A program made the translations under genes and the position numbers. From contig CAZXFH010000001.1 in NCBI GenBank assembly GCA_964640055.1, positions 6,744 through 70,743 on the forward strand: a DNA stretch of 64,000 nt. The letters are read 5' to 3'. Below, piece after piece: positions 40,162-50,369 of this stretch. The notes below the pieces were generated by a model. The model was not told where the DNA came from, did not search any database, and saw only the letters and a program-made list of their open reading frames with translations. The stretch comes from an uncultured bacterium. Lineage in GTDB: Bacteria; Fidelibacterota; UBA2242; JAFGTP01. Every line of letters starts with the position of its first letter. The stretch's first letter is position 1.

Positions 40162-40949
40162 GGTCCCGATATCACAATAAATACTTCTTCAATCGAATTT
40201 AGATCAACATAGGGCCTGATTTTAACAATCTGGTATAAACCATTGGCCGATTGCTTTATATCTACAACTTCTCCGACCTTTATTTCACCTGGATAGATAT
40301 CACTATAACCGGATGTGATCACAATTTCACCTGGATGAATAACCACGGTTTTGGGAATTTCCTCAACTTTAGTGTAGCCGCTACCATCCGGTTGCATAAT
40401 ACCCACATGTCGACTAGTCTGAAAGCGTACACTTAATCTGAAATTGATATCATTAAACAATTGTACCATTGAAGTTTTCTGTCCGATGGAAACGGTTTTA
40501 CCAACGATACCATCGGTGCTCAGGATCGCCATATCTTTTTTGACCTGTTGCTCAGCTCCGGCATTAATTAATATGGAATTATAAACCACGGTAGTGCCTC
40601 GATTCAATACACGGGCAGCTAATAAATCAAGTCGAGAGGTGTCAACGAAATCCAACATTTCGCGTAAACGTTGATTCTCTATGTAAGCTTCTTTTAGCTC
40701 TGTATTCAATAAGGCTAGACGTATGTTATCTTGTCTTAACTCTTTATTTTCTTCCACCAGTCCTGATAATTGTTCAATCCACTGACCCGGATAGTGCAGG
40801 AATGCAAAGGTTGAGGACAGTCTGCCCTGAATCTGACGAACTTGAGTATTATCGTTTGACAATAAAATAACAAAAGAGACGATTATAAGTATGATAAAGA
40901 GAAGATAATCGTAATTTTCAAAAACGAAGCCATATACTTTACGAAACAT
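40146..40949 (-). CDS. mreC: rod shape-determining protein MreC
   Basis: N-terminal TM segment, coiled coil and beta-rich C-terminus. Positioned between mreB and mreD. Confidence 0.75.
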   Translation of the reverse strand: MFRKVYGFVFENYDYLLFIILIIVSFVILLSNDNTQVRQIQGRLSSTFAFLHYPGQWIEQLSGLVEENKELRQDNIRLALLNTELKEAYIENQRLREMLDFVDTSRLDLLAARVLNRGTTVVYNSILINAGAEQQVKKDMAILSTDGIVGKTVSIGQKTSMVQLFNDINFRLSVRFQTSRHVGIMQPDGSGYTKVEEIPKTVVIHPGEIVITSGYSDIYPGEIKVGEVVDIKQSANGLYQIVKIRPYVDLNSIEEVFIVISGPCYEK

Positions 40950-40954
40950 TTGAA

Positions 40955-41968
40955 TTAGAGTAATACCTCTTTGAATTTATCAATATTCTCAATAATAATT
41001 CCTGTACCTTTAACAACAGACTGCAATGGATTCTCAGCTACATTAACAGCCAAATCGGTCTCTACTCGAATCCGCTGGTCTAATCCTTTTAATAACGAAC
41101 CACCACCTGTCAAAATTACACCCCGATCCAGAATATCAGAAGATAATTCTGGTGGTGTCTGTTCCAGGGCTTGCTTGATGGCCTGGGCAATCTGATCGAT
41201 GGTATCTTTCAGGCACTCCCGGATTTCTACCGATGAAACCTCTATGGTTTTGGGAATACCGGCTACTAGACTCCGCCCTTTTATAGAAACAGTTGTATCA
41301 TCTACAGGCATGGCCGATCCCACACCACATTTAATCCACTCTGCCGTTCGCTCGCCAATCAATAAATTATGTTCATCTTTAAAATATTGGATAATGGCCT
41401 CATCCATTTCATCCCCGGCAATCCGAATTGCTTGCTTTGTGACGATCCCATTTAAAGCGATTACGGCTATTTCAGTGGTTCCACCGCCAATATCCACAAT
41501 GATATTGCCCACCGGCTTAGAAATATCAATTCCGATCCCAATCGCAGCTGCGATCGGTTCTTCGACTAAATACACTTTGCGCGCATTAGCCCGTTCTGCC
41601 GACTCCCGGACAGCCCGCTTCTCCACTTCAGTAATACCCGAAGGAATACAAATTACAATATTCGGACGTGCGATCCGACTCAGGTTGATCTTGCGGATAA
41701 ATCCCCTAATCATGGCATCGGACATATCAAAATCAGCAATAACACCATCCTTGAGCGGACGTATGGTCTGTATTTCACGATGGGTCTTCCCCAGCATCTC
41801 CTTGGCGTCCTTTCCCACCGCAACAACCTCACCATCATGAACCGAACGGGCCACAATAGAGGGTTCATCCAGCAATATTCCCTGTCCCTTTACATATATT
41901 AGCGTATTCGCAGTTCCTAAATCAATGGCAATATCTCCGGTAAACATGTTGAACAACTTTAAACCCAT
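40955..41968 (-). CDS. mreB: rod shape-determining protein MreB
   Basis: IDLGTANTLIYV, VVAVG and DIGGGTTE actin-fold motifs. Confidence 0.9.
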   Translation of the reverse strand: MGLKLFNMFTGDIAIDLGTANTLIYVKGQGILLDEPSIVARSVHDGEVVAVGKDAKEMLGKTHREIQTIRPLKDGVIADFDMSDAMIRGFIRKINLSRIARPNIVICIPSGITEVEKRAVRESAERANARKVYLVEEPIAAAIGIGIDISKPVGNIIVDIGGGTTEIAVIALNGIVTKQAIRIAGDEMDEAIIQYFKDEHNLLIGERTAEWIKCGVGSAMPVDDTTVSIKGRSLVAGIPKTIEVSSVEIRECLKDTIDQIAQAIKQALEQTPPELSSDILDRGVILTGGGSLLKGLDQRIRVETDLAVNVAENPLQSVVKGTGIIIENIDKFKEVLL

Positions 41969-41985
41969 GGTAACTCCACAAAATA

Positions 41986-43539
41986 TTAATGTTTAAATAC
42001 GCGCTGACCTGTAAAAATCATAAACAGAGCATGCTCCTTACAAGCATCGATAACCTCTTGATCACGTATGCTCCCGCCCGGTTGAATAACCCCTGCGATC
42101 CCGTGTTGGGCCGCCAGATCTATGGAATCCCTAAATGGGAAAAAGGCATCAGAAGCTATTACGCTGCCCTCTGTATCGAGTTCACCTTCGCTCGCCTTGC
42201 GTAAAGCAATTTTCAAGGAATCAACCCGGGACATCTGACCAGCCCCGACACCAATCGTACCCGTGGCATCCGCCAATACGATAGCATTAGACTTAACTTG
42301 CTTAACTAAGTTCCATCCGATTTTCAAGGCTTTTTCAGTCCTACTATCTATTTTCCCTTCGGCAACAACTTTCCAGTTGCCACCATTGGATATTACTTGC
42401 TGCTCTTCCTGCACGAGCAATCCCCGACCATAACTTTTATATATTTTATTTCCCTTCAAGGCCTCAGTATTGGGTATTAGTAGACGTAAATTCTTTTTGC
42501 CGGCCAAACACTCCTGGGCATCCGACATAAACTGGGGGGCAACGATGCACTCTAAAAAATGTTTGCGTAATTCATCAGCAAAGGTTTTATCGATCGGAAT
42601 GTTTGTACAAACAATCCCACCAAAGAAACTAATCTTATCCGTTTTCACAGCCCGTAAAAAAGCGGACTGACCATCCTCGCCAAGGCCGAATCCACAGGGA
42701 TTTGTATGCTTGATAAGGACACACATCGGTTCCTTTACATCCATCTGGTTAATAATTTGATAGGCAGATAGGCAATCAACATAATTATTATAGGAAATCT
42801 CTTTCCCCTGCAGTTGATGGAAAGGATACCACCCCTCATCCTCTGGACTGTATAGAGCAGCTTTCTGGTCTGGATTTTCACCATATCGCAAAGTATGGAT
42901 TTTACGGTAGCTGTTACTGACATAGTTAGGCAATGGTGAGTCGGTATCCGCGCTAAAATATTCAGCAATAAGGGCATCGTAATTTACAGATTGCCTAAAT
43001 ACTATTCCAGCCAACCTTTTTCGATAATCCAAATCCAGACGGTTCTTTTTAAATTTTTCAATAAACTCTCGGTATTGATTAATCCTGGAAAGCACAACGA
43101 CCTGTTTAAAGTTTTTCGCGGCCGCACGCAACATACTGGGACCACCCACGTCGATCATTTCAATAATTTCATCATCAGTTTTCTCAGCATCTTGATAGAT
43201 TTCACTGAAAGGATACAGATTGACCACTACTAATTGAAAAGTCGGTGCGGAAATTCGATCCAGATCAGCAGTGTGTTTTTGCTTATCAGTATCCGCCAAT
43301 ATACCGGCAAATATACGTGGATGTAAGGTTTTGACACGTCCACTCAAAACCTCCGGAAACTCGGTAACCGTCTCAATTTTGGTGGCCTTAATCCCGGCCT
43401 CAGTCAGCTTACGGTAGGTGCCGCCAGTTGAATAAATAGCGACTTCCTTTTCGGTCAAAAATTGGGCTAACTCCACAATGCCTTGCTTATTCCAGACACT
43501 TAATAATGCGCGCCTTATCTGCATTCTGTTATTCATCAA
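41986..43539 (-). CDS. purH: bifunctional AICAR transformylase / IMP cyclohydrolase
   Basis: N-terminal MGS-like ALLSVWNK. 517 aa. Overlaps purN by 11 nt. Confidence 0.85.
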   Translation of the reverse strand: MMNNRMQIRRALLSVWNKQGIVELAQFLTEKEVAIYSTGGTYRKLTEAGIKATKIETVTEFPEVLSGRVKTLHPRIFAGILADTDKQKHTADLDRISAPTFQLVVVNLYPFSEIYQDAEKTDDEIIEMIDVGGPSMLRAAAKNFKQVVVLSRINQYREFIEKFKKNRLDLDYRKRLAGIVFRQSVNYDALIAEYFSADTDSPLPNYVSNSYRKIHTLRYGENPDQKAALYSPEDEGWYPFHQLQGKEISYNNYVDCLSAYQIINQMDVKEPMCVLIKHTNPCGFGLGEDGQSAFLRAVKTDKISFFGGIVCTNIPIDKTFADELRKHFLECIVAPQFMSDAQECLAGKKNLRLLIPNTEALKGNKIYKSYGRGLLVQEEQQVISNGGNWKVVAEGKIDSRTEKALKIGWNLVKQVKSNAIVLADATGTIGVGAGQMSRVDSLKIALRKASEGELDTEGSVIASDAFFPFRDSIDLAAQHGIAGVIQPGGSIRDQEVIDACKEHALFMIFTGQRVFKH

Positions 43540-44170
43540 TAACCACCTTGTTATCTTTGATTTTTATGCGATCTTCACAAAAGGCCTTGATAACCTTTGG
43601 AAAAACATGATGCTCAACCTTGAGAACCCGTTCCGCCAGTGAATCGGGTGTGTCTTCAGGATGAACAGCTACTTTTTCCTGATAAATAATCAGCCCGGTA
43701 TCATAGTGTTCATCGACAAAATGGACCGTCACACCAGTGACCTTCACCCCTGACTCTATAACCGCCGCATGCACACGATGACCATAGTAGCCTTTGCCAC
43801 CAAAATTAGGTAGCAATGCCGGATGGATATTGATCATGGCGTACTTGTATTTGCGAACTAATGGAGTCGGAATTAGCTTTAAATATCCGGCTAGGATTAC
43901 TAAATCGATCTGATATCGATCTAGTAATGAAATAAGAAAATTTGTATAATCTGCACTACTTTTAAATTGTTTAATATTTACAAAATGAGTGGCAATGCCG
44001 GCCAGCTCTGCTTTATCAAATATTTTCGGATGGCTGCGGTCGCTAATCACACATTTTATTTGGGCGGGTATATTTCCTTTCCGGATTTCTGCTAAAATTG
44101 CGGCAAAGTTTGATCCTCTGCCAGAAGCAAATACAGCTATATTTTTCACTTCGCCAACTTCCTTCTCCAA
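43529..44170 (-). CDS. purN: phosphoribosylglycinamide formyltransferase
   Basis: IAVFASGRGSNF and the NIHPALLP region. About 200 aa. Confidence 0.8.
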   Translation of the reverse strand: MEKEVGEVKNIAVFASGRGSNFAAILAEIRKGNIPAQIKCVISDRSHPKIFDKAELAGIATHFVNIKQFKSSADYTNFLISLLDRYQIDLVILAGYLKLIPTPLVRKYKYAMINIHPALLPNFGGKGYYGHRVHAAVIESGVKVTGVTVHFVDEHYDTGLIIYQEKVAVHPEDTPDSLAERVLKVEHHVFPKVIKAFCEDRIKIKDNKVVIDE

Positions 44171-44425
44171 TTTTTGACACCCAAATTTAAATAATTAACA
44201 CTTCACAAGCAATTCGATATTTTTTTAAATTCAGCCTAAGATATTTAATTTTATATTATAAATTTCTTAAAAATATCTCCATGATATAGCTAACTTTATA
44301 TTAATTTATTTTATTCTTTACAATTGTGAGTTATTTTCATTTTAGCAGCTAAGAAAGTTATTAAAGTAAAGTTATCTTAATATATTTTATATTTAACTCA
44401 TTAAACCTTAAACAATAAAGTTTGC

Positions 44426-45115
44426 TTACATTCTGGTTACCTGTCCGCCACCTGCCTGTGATAAGCAGTGATGATAAATAGTTTCAATTATCTTATTCAG
44501 GTAGGTTATATCGTCAAAGACATCAAAATTATCAGTATCAATAATTAATATATTTCCTTTTTTACTCGCTTCCTTAATCCAGCGGTCATAAGTAATATTG
44601 AGCCGATGAAGGTATTCCGGATCGATATCTCGCTCAAACTGGCGGGATCGTCTTTTTATGCGGGTTAACAAGGTATCAATACTGGCCTTTAAATAAATAA
44701 TCAAATCGGGGCTCTTTAAATATTGGGTCATAATACTAAACAACTCTTGATAATTGTACCAATCCCGCTGACTCATATTGCCCATTTCATAAAGATTCCG
44801 GGCGAAAATTTCCACATCTTCATAGATAGTGCGGTCCTGAACAGTCGACTGGTCACTTTCTGTCATAATCTTGTGGGTTTTAAAGCGATGAGATAAAAAG
44901 TATACTTGGAGATTAAAACTCCAGCGTTTCATGTTTTGATAAAAATCATTTAAATAGGGATTATCAATAACTGATTCATAGTATGCTCGCCAACCCAATT
45001 TATCGGCAATGATTTTGGTTAAAGTTGTTTTCCCAACGCCAATATTACCCGCTACGCCAATAAAGTATGTCCGCTTACTCACCAATGATCTCTCCCAGGC
45101 TAGATTCTCCGACAA
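44426..45115 (-). CDS. deoxynucleoside kinase
   Basis: P-loop GVAGNIGVGKTT and a dNK-like ERD-type motif region. The ORF-track start overlaps mtaB by 41 nt, so the true start may lie downstream. Confidence 0.65.
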   Translation of the reverse strand: MSENLAWERSLVSKRTYFIGVAGNIGVGKTTLTKIIADKLGWRAYYESVIDNPYLNDFYQNMKRWSFNLQVYFLSHRFKTHKIMTESDQSTVQDRTIYEDVEIFARNLYEMGNMSQRDWYNYQELFSIMTQYLKSPDLIIYLKASIDTLLTRIKRRSRQFERDIDPEYLHRLNITYDRWIKEASKKGNILIIDTDNFDVFDDITYLNKIIETIYHHCLSQAGGGQVTRM

Positions 45116-46418
45116 TCTTATATAATTTAGTCAGTTTAATCTGATTGACTATTCCCAAGTTGCTCTCAGTTTTGACTTTTATGTAGTTATCCGTATATCC
45201 CTGATAATATTCTCCATTTACCGCTTCTTCGTATAGTACTTTAAAAGTATTATCTAAATGCCTTTTTATAAAATTCTGCTGCTTATCTCTACTTAGTTTA
45301 CGCAATTGTGCCGCACGTTGTTTTTTTTCTGGTACAGAGACGGTGTCAGTTTTTTTTACAGCTCGGGTTAGCGGCCGCTGCGAGTAACGAAAAACATGCA
45401 GATAATTGACCGGTAACACCTTGAGGTAAGTAACCAAATCATTGAAATCCTGTGATGATTCACCCGGATAGCCAACCATGACATCCGTCCCGATAGAAAC
45501 ACCAGGAATCTCCTGTGCGATATGCCTTACCAAACGCTGATAAAACCCGGGGGTATATTTACGTCCCATAGCGTCAAGTATCTTATATGTTCCGTGCTGT
45601 AAAGGTATATGAAAATGCCGACAGATCCGTTCTTCATTTTTCATTAGATCAATAAGTTCATTATTTACCAAATCCGGTTCTATAGAACTCAACTGGATTC
45701 TGGGAATATCTGTATCCTGAATCAGTTTCTTGATCAAATCTGCCAGATTACGATTATCAGTTGACTGGTAGTGCCCTAGGTTAATCCCGGAAAGTACAAT
45801 TTCCTGATAACCCTTTTCATAAAGTCTTTGTGCTTCTGTGAGGCATGCTTGCCAAGGACGGCTACGGCTGGGACCTCTTAAATAGGGAATTATGCAGTAG
45901 TCACAGTAATAATCGCAGCCATCTTGAATTTTCATAAAGGCCCGGGTCCGGAAACCATCCGGAATATCAGCATGGTTTGGAAAGGTACTATTCATTTCTG
46001 CCGGTTTTTCCCCATTCCAATCGGCAACATATGCTCTGGGAGGCTCCTCATTAAGGTGGGGGATATACTTCTCCAACTGATATTTTTCTTGGTTGCCAAT
46101 GACCAGATCAACTCCCGGAACACGCAGTAAGGCTGCCTTTATTTCCTGAGCATAACATCCGGCTACAATTATTTTACCCGGCGGGGAAATGCGCCGCGCT
46201 GCCGCCACAGCTCCCCGTGTTTTAGCAGCGGCCTGTTGCGTCACTGTGCAGGAATTAATTACCGTAATATCGGCTGGCTGGTTCTGCGGTACTATTTCAT
46301 ACCCCACCTCTTGCAGGCGGGATGCTATAGAATCACTTTCGGAATGATTCAGACGGCATCCCAGTGTTCTAAAAGCCACTTTAATTGGTTCTGAAATTTT
46401 AGTCACAGAATAATTCAT
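45075..46418 (-). CDS. mtaB: radical-SAM methylthiotransferase, MtaB-like (MiaB family)
   Basis: N-terminal MTTase Cys (LGCRLN), radical-SAM CDYYCDYC and a C-terminal TRAM-like region. Confidence 0.65.
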   Translation of the reverse strand: MNYSVTKISEPIKVAFRTLGCRLNHSESDSIASRLQEVGYEIVPQNQPADITVINSCTVTQQAAAKTRGAVAAARRISPPGKIIVAGCYAQEIKAALLRVPGVDLVIGNQEKYQLEKYIPHLNEEPPRAYVADWNGEKPAEMNSTFPNHADIPDGFRTRAFMKIQDGCDYYCDYCIIPYLRGPSRSRPWQACLTEAQRLYEKGYQEIVLSGINLGHYQSTDNRNLADLIKKLIQDTDIPRIQLSSIEPDLVNNELIDLMKNEERICRHFHIPLQHGTYKILDAMGRKYTPGFYQRLVRHIAQEIPGVSIGTDVMVGYPGESSQDFNDLVTYLKVLPVNYLHVFRYSQRPLTRAVKKTDTVSVPEKKQRAAQLRKLSRDKQQNFIKRHLDNTFKVLYEEAVNGEYYQGYTDNYIKVKTESNLGIVNQIKLTKLYKIVGESSLGEIIGE

Positions 46419-46433
46419 TCCACAAGCATACCA

Positions 46434-47501
46434 TTAATAACTTATCTCCAGACAACTACGATCGCCTATTATGAAACGATTGGTGCTGGGTTTTGTATCC
46501 CCTATTTTGATAGATACATTTTTACCGAAAATACTCGATTCGATACGCTTGCCTTGATTTTCAATTGAGCAATAGGGCATCAGGATACTAAACTCCAGTT
46601 CCGAATTAAATATTTTACAATCATTTTCAATAGCCGTATAGGGTCCGATATAAGAATTAATGATCTTTGTATTCGCACCAATGATTACCGGTCCCCGGAT
46701 AACGCTATTTTTTATTGCAGCCCCTTTTTCAATAATTACCCTCCCGGCGATCTCACTCAACTTATCAATCGTCCCTTCTCTGCTATCCTGAATATTATCC
46801 AAGACCAAGCGGTTAGCTTCCAAGAGATCAGCTGGTTTCCCTGTGTCTTTCCACCAGCCGGTGATCTCTGAATAGGTTACCCGATACCCTTTATTCAACA
46901 GGTACTGATGGGCATCTGATATTTCCAGCTCCCCTCGTTGACTGGGTTTAATATTTTTTACTGCCTCAAAAATATTACTGTCATACAGATATATTCCCGT
47001 AACTGCATATTTACTTTTTGGTTGCTGAGGTTTCTCTTCTATGCCAACGATGCGGTTTTCTCTTATCTCAGGCACCCCGAATCTTTCCGGATCATGTACC
47101 TGGGATAACACCAAATGACAATTGGATCTATTTTGCTGAAATTCCCGGATAAACCGATCAATGCCACCGATGATAATATTATCTCCCAGATAAAATATAA
47201 ATGGATCCTTCCCGATGAAGGGCTCCGCGATCTTTATACAATGAGCCAATCCGGCCGGACGTTCCTGTGGAATATAGGTGATTTTAACCCCAAATTTCTT
47301 GCCATTTTGATAAACATGTTTTACTTCCTGTCCCTCCTGGTTGGTAATAATTCCCACCTCAGTAATACCCGCATCCCGTACATACTCCAGGGCATAATTC
47401 AAGATGGGTTTATTAGCGATCGGAATCAGATGTTTATTCTGGGTAAAAGTGATCGGGCGTAGGCGGGTTCCATGACCTCCGGCTGTTATCAACGCTTTCA
47501 T
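46434..47501 (-). CDS. sugar-phosphate nucleotidyltransferase with C-terminal left-handed beta-helix (glucose-1-phosphate thymidylyltransferase-like, long form)
   Basis: ALITAGGHGTRLRPIT signature. Hexapeptide-repeat C-terminus. Confidence 0.7.
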   Translation of the reverse strand: MKALITAGGHGTRLRPITFTQNKHLIPIANKPILNYALEYVRDAGITEVGIITNQEGQEVKHVYQNGKKFGVKITYIPQERPAGLAHCIKIAEPFIGKDPFIFYLGDNIIIGGIDRFIREFQQNRSNCHLVLSQVHDPERFGVPEIRENRIVGIEEKPQQPKSKYAVTGIYLYDSNIFEAVKNIKPSQRGELEISDAHQYLLNKGYRVTYSEITGWWKDTGKPADLLEANRLVLDNIQDSREGTIDKLSEIAGRVIIEKGAAIKNSVIRGPVIIGANTKIINSYIGPYTAIENDCKIFNSELEFSILMPYCSIENQGKRIESSIFGKNVSIKIGDTKPSTNRFIIGDRSCLEISY

Positions 47502-47516
47502 ATTCCATTCCTCTCT

Positions 47517-48845
47517 TTATTTCTCTTTAATAATTTTTGATTGCGGAACTTTAGCTATTAAATCAAGGCCCTCATTATCGATTATATCAGCCTGTATGAT
47601 CTGACCGGATTCCAGCACGTGGTTACCGGGAAACCGTACGACACAATCGACCTCCGGGGCATCCCAGGGGGTGCGACCGATCCATGCGCCATCTTTCTGC
47701 TCATCAATGATCACCGGCACCGTTTTGCGCTGCTGTTTACGAGCAAAACCAGTGGCAATCTCATACTGAATATCCATGACCCACTCTCGGCGTTCCTCCT
47801 TTAAGGAGGAAGGAATATCGTCACGCAATTCAGCCGCTGCAGTGCCCTCTTCCTCGGAATATTTAAACACGCCTAGTCTTTCAAAGCGTTGGGCTTCAAC
47901 AAAGTCCAGTAACTGGTGAAAATCTTGTTCATTTTCCGTAGGAAAGCCAACCATTAGCGAGGTTCGCAAAGCCAACTCTGGTACTTGAGACCTCATTTTC
48001 CTTAGCAAATGTTTTATTTGATCCACGGTTCTTGTCCGACGCATCAACTTTAAGATTCTGTCCGAAGCATGCTGGATCGGTATATCAACATAGGGACATA
48101 TACTGGCATGTTCCACAATTAACCGGTTGATTTTTTCATCCCAATAATCAGGGTTGGTATACATAATCCTTATCCAGGGAAAAAGGTCTAGCCGAGCTAA
48201 CTCATCCAGCAAATCATAAAGTTTACGTTTGCCATATAAATCTGTACCATATCGAGTCAAATCCTGGGCAATTAAAATCAATTCCTGAACACCCTTTTGT
48301 TTTAAATAAACTGCCTCCTGAAGCAGCTGATCTATGGGACGACTTATCTGTTTACCACGCATTTGCGGAATCGAGCAGAAACTACAGGTGTTATCGCATC
48401 CTTCAGCAATTTTCAAATAGGCATAATGACCGGGGGTCAGCAGCTCTCTGGATCTTACCAAATTATTACCGGGATAATCCCTCTGGGTAAGTATTCTTAC
48501 GATCTCTTCCTGGGAATTTACACCCAAAATCCAATCCACCTCTGGTAATTCCCGGCGTAATTCTGATGTATATCGTTGGGCAAGACATCCCATAACCAGA
48601 ATTAATTTCACGGCACCGTTTCTTTTCAATTCGATTGTGTCCAAAATGGTTTGGACCGACTCTTCCCGGGCATCATGGATAAAACCGCAGGTATTTATGA
48701 TCACGAATGCTGCCGTTTCACCTTCGGATTCATATTGAAATCCGGATTTTTCTAACATTCCCTTCAAAATTTCCGAATCAACAGTATTCTTGGGACATCC
48801 CAGACTGATAATTGTAAAAGCTCTATTTGAACCTGGTGTGTTCAA
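47517..48845 (-). CDS. rimO: ribosomal protein S12 methylthiotransferase RimO
   Basis: SLGCPKNTVDSE, radical-SAM CDNTCSFCSIP and a C-terminal TRAM domain. Confidence 0.8.
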   Translation of the reverse strand: MNTPGSNRAFTIISLGCPKNTVDSEILKGMLEKSGFQYESEGETAAFVIINTCGFIHDAREESVQTILDTIELKRNGAVKLILVMGCLAQRYTSELRRELPEVDWILGVNSQEEIVRILTQRDYPGNNLVRSRELLTPGHYAYLKIAEGCDNTCSFCSIPQMRGKQISRPIDQLLQEAVYLKQKGVQELILIAQDLTRYGTDLYGKRKLYDLLDELARLDLFPWIRIMYTNPDYWDEKINRLIVEHASICPYVDIPIQHASDRILKLMRRTRTVDQIKHLLRKMRSQVPELALRTSLMVGFPTENEQDFHQLLDFVEAQRFERLGVFKYSEEEGTAAAELRDDIPSSLKEERREWVMDIQYEIATGFARKQQRKTVPVIIDEQKDGAWIGRTPWDAPEVDCVVRFPGNHVLESGQIIQADIIDNEGLDLIAKVPQSKIIKEK

Positions 48846-48866
48846 TATATGTCCTGGATTTTTTGA

Positions 48867-50369
48867 TTAGGATTTACGGAGTAAGACATCTACATAATCA
48901 TGGGGATCAAATTCCACCAAATCCTCCAATTTCTCGCCCACCCCCAGATAACGTATCGGAATATTCAGTTTATGATTGATGGCCAAGACAATTCCTCCTT
49001 TGGCAGTCCCATCCAGTTTAGTTAATATCAATCCGCTTAAACCAACTGCTTGATTAAACTGTTCCGCCTGTACAATTCCATTCTGTCCGGCATTGGCTTC
49101 GATAACTAACCAAATATCATGCGGTGCGTCAGGATAAGCTTTATTGATGACCCGTTTTATCTTTTTCAGTTCCTCCATTAAATTGGACTTAGTATGCAAT
49201 CGTCCGGCTGTATCGATAAGTAAAACATCTATTGATTTAGCTACCGCCGATTTCACGGCATCAAAAGCAACCCCCGAGGGATCCTTACCTTTAGGATTTC
49301 CTAAAAATTCCACCCCGGATCGTTGTGCCCAAATTTTTAACTGCTGGTAAGCGGCGGCCCGATAAGTATCAGCCGCTGCCATCATCACTTGCTTACCTGC
49401 AGAGGCATATCTATGTGCCAATTTACCGATCGTCGTGGTCTTGCCCGTCCCGTTTACCCCGACCATCAGGATAATATGAGGTGATGATTGGACCTTATTA
49501 ATCACAGGTGCTTCCTCACTATTCAGAATGGCAAGCAACTCCTCTTTGAGTATATCCTTCAACTGGGCGGCTTCACTTTTCTTGACATCGCGTAATTTGT
49601 CTACCAATTCCTCAGTTAAATCCACACCGATATCCGTGGCAATTAAGGTTTCCTCAATCTCTTCTAGAACATCTTTGTTTACGGTAAAGAATTTTTTTAT
49701 CAGTGGTAATCTAGCAGCCAGTTTATATTCAGTCTTGGATAATCCTTGGTCCAATTTAGAGGTCTTCACCTCCTTCGATGGCGGTCGGGAAGTCGATTTT
49801 TCACGTATTTCACGGATAAAGCTATAAAAATATTGTATTGCTGAAATAAACATGAAAAAGATCGATACCCACATTAAAGGCATCTGGAAATTGACCGGTG
49901 TAATTTGATCTCCATAGATAAAGGCTAAAATCGTGGCGGTGGTTATCACGATAGTTATTTTCCCTAGTTTATTGGCTCCAGGTGATATTTTACAAATATT
50001 CATCATATACACACCCAGCAGGGAAATGGAAAAGTCCCGAATAAGTAAAACCCCAAAATAAAAGAACGGTACCGTATCGCTTATAACCAGGTAGAGCATT
50101 ACACTGAACATCACTATCTTGTCCGCCAGTGGATCTAGCATCTTTCCCAGAGAGGTAATTTGATTACTTATGCGCGCCAGCCAGCCATCTAACATATCGC
50201 TGAAAATACAAATAACCATAAATATGAAGGCTGTTCCACTTTGATTTTCTTTTAGAAAATATATAATAGGAATAGCCAAAGCAGCCCGGATGATGGAGAT
50301 GATATTGGATCCGGTAACAATCCGGTCCGGATGTATTTTTTCATATCTTTCCTGGACAATACGCTTCAC
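48867..50369 (-). CDS. ftsY: fusion protein: N-terminal CDP-alcohol phosphatidyltransferase (PgsA-like) domain joined to the signal-recognition-particle receptor FtsY NG domain
   Basis: Residues 58-83, DGWLAR-x8-G-x3-D-x3-D, are a perfect CDP-OH-P transferase motif, with about 5 TM helices. Residues from about 205 to 500 are FtsY (GVNGTGKTTTIGKLA, DTAGR, TKLDGTAKGG). Confidence 0.8.
   Translation of the reverse strand: MKRIVQERYEKIHPDRIVTGSNIISIIRAALAIPIIYFLKENQSGTAFIFMVICIFSDMLDGWLARISNQITSLGKMLDPLADKIVMFSVMLYLVISDTVPFFYFGVLLIRDFSISLLGVYMMNICKISPGANKLGKITIVITTATILAFIYGDQITPVNFQMPLMWVSIFFMFISAIQYFYSFIREIREKSTSRPPSKEVKTSKLDQGLSKTEYKLAARLPLIKKFFTVNKDVLEEIEETLIATDIGVDLTEELVDKLRDVKKSEAAQLKDILKEELLAILNSEEAPVINKVQSSPHIILMVGVNGTGKTTTIGKLAHRYASAGKQVMMAAADTYRAAAYQQLKIWAQRSGVEFLGNPKGKDPSGVAFDAVKSAVAKSIDVLLIDTAGRLHTKSNLMEELKKIKRVINKAYPDAPHDIWLVIEANAGQNGIVQAEQFNQAVGLSGLILTKLDGTAKGGIVLAINHKLNIPIRYLGVGEKLEDLVEFDPHDYVDVLLRKS

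Noticed and set aside
41199-41840. 213-aa plus-strand ORF antisense to mreB. Also many other 60-140-aa antisense ORFs in the track, e.g. 134-340, 2141-2455, 2465-2818, 13827-14108, 22917-23225 and 49528-49827.
   Set aside because: All lie inside, and opposite to, genes with strong family signatures. Their translations are low-complexity (S/T/P/A-rich) and they have no RBS. They are shadow ORFs.
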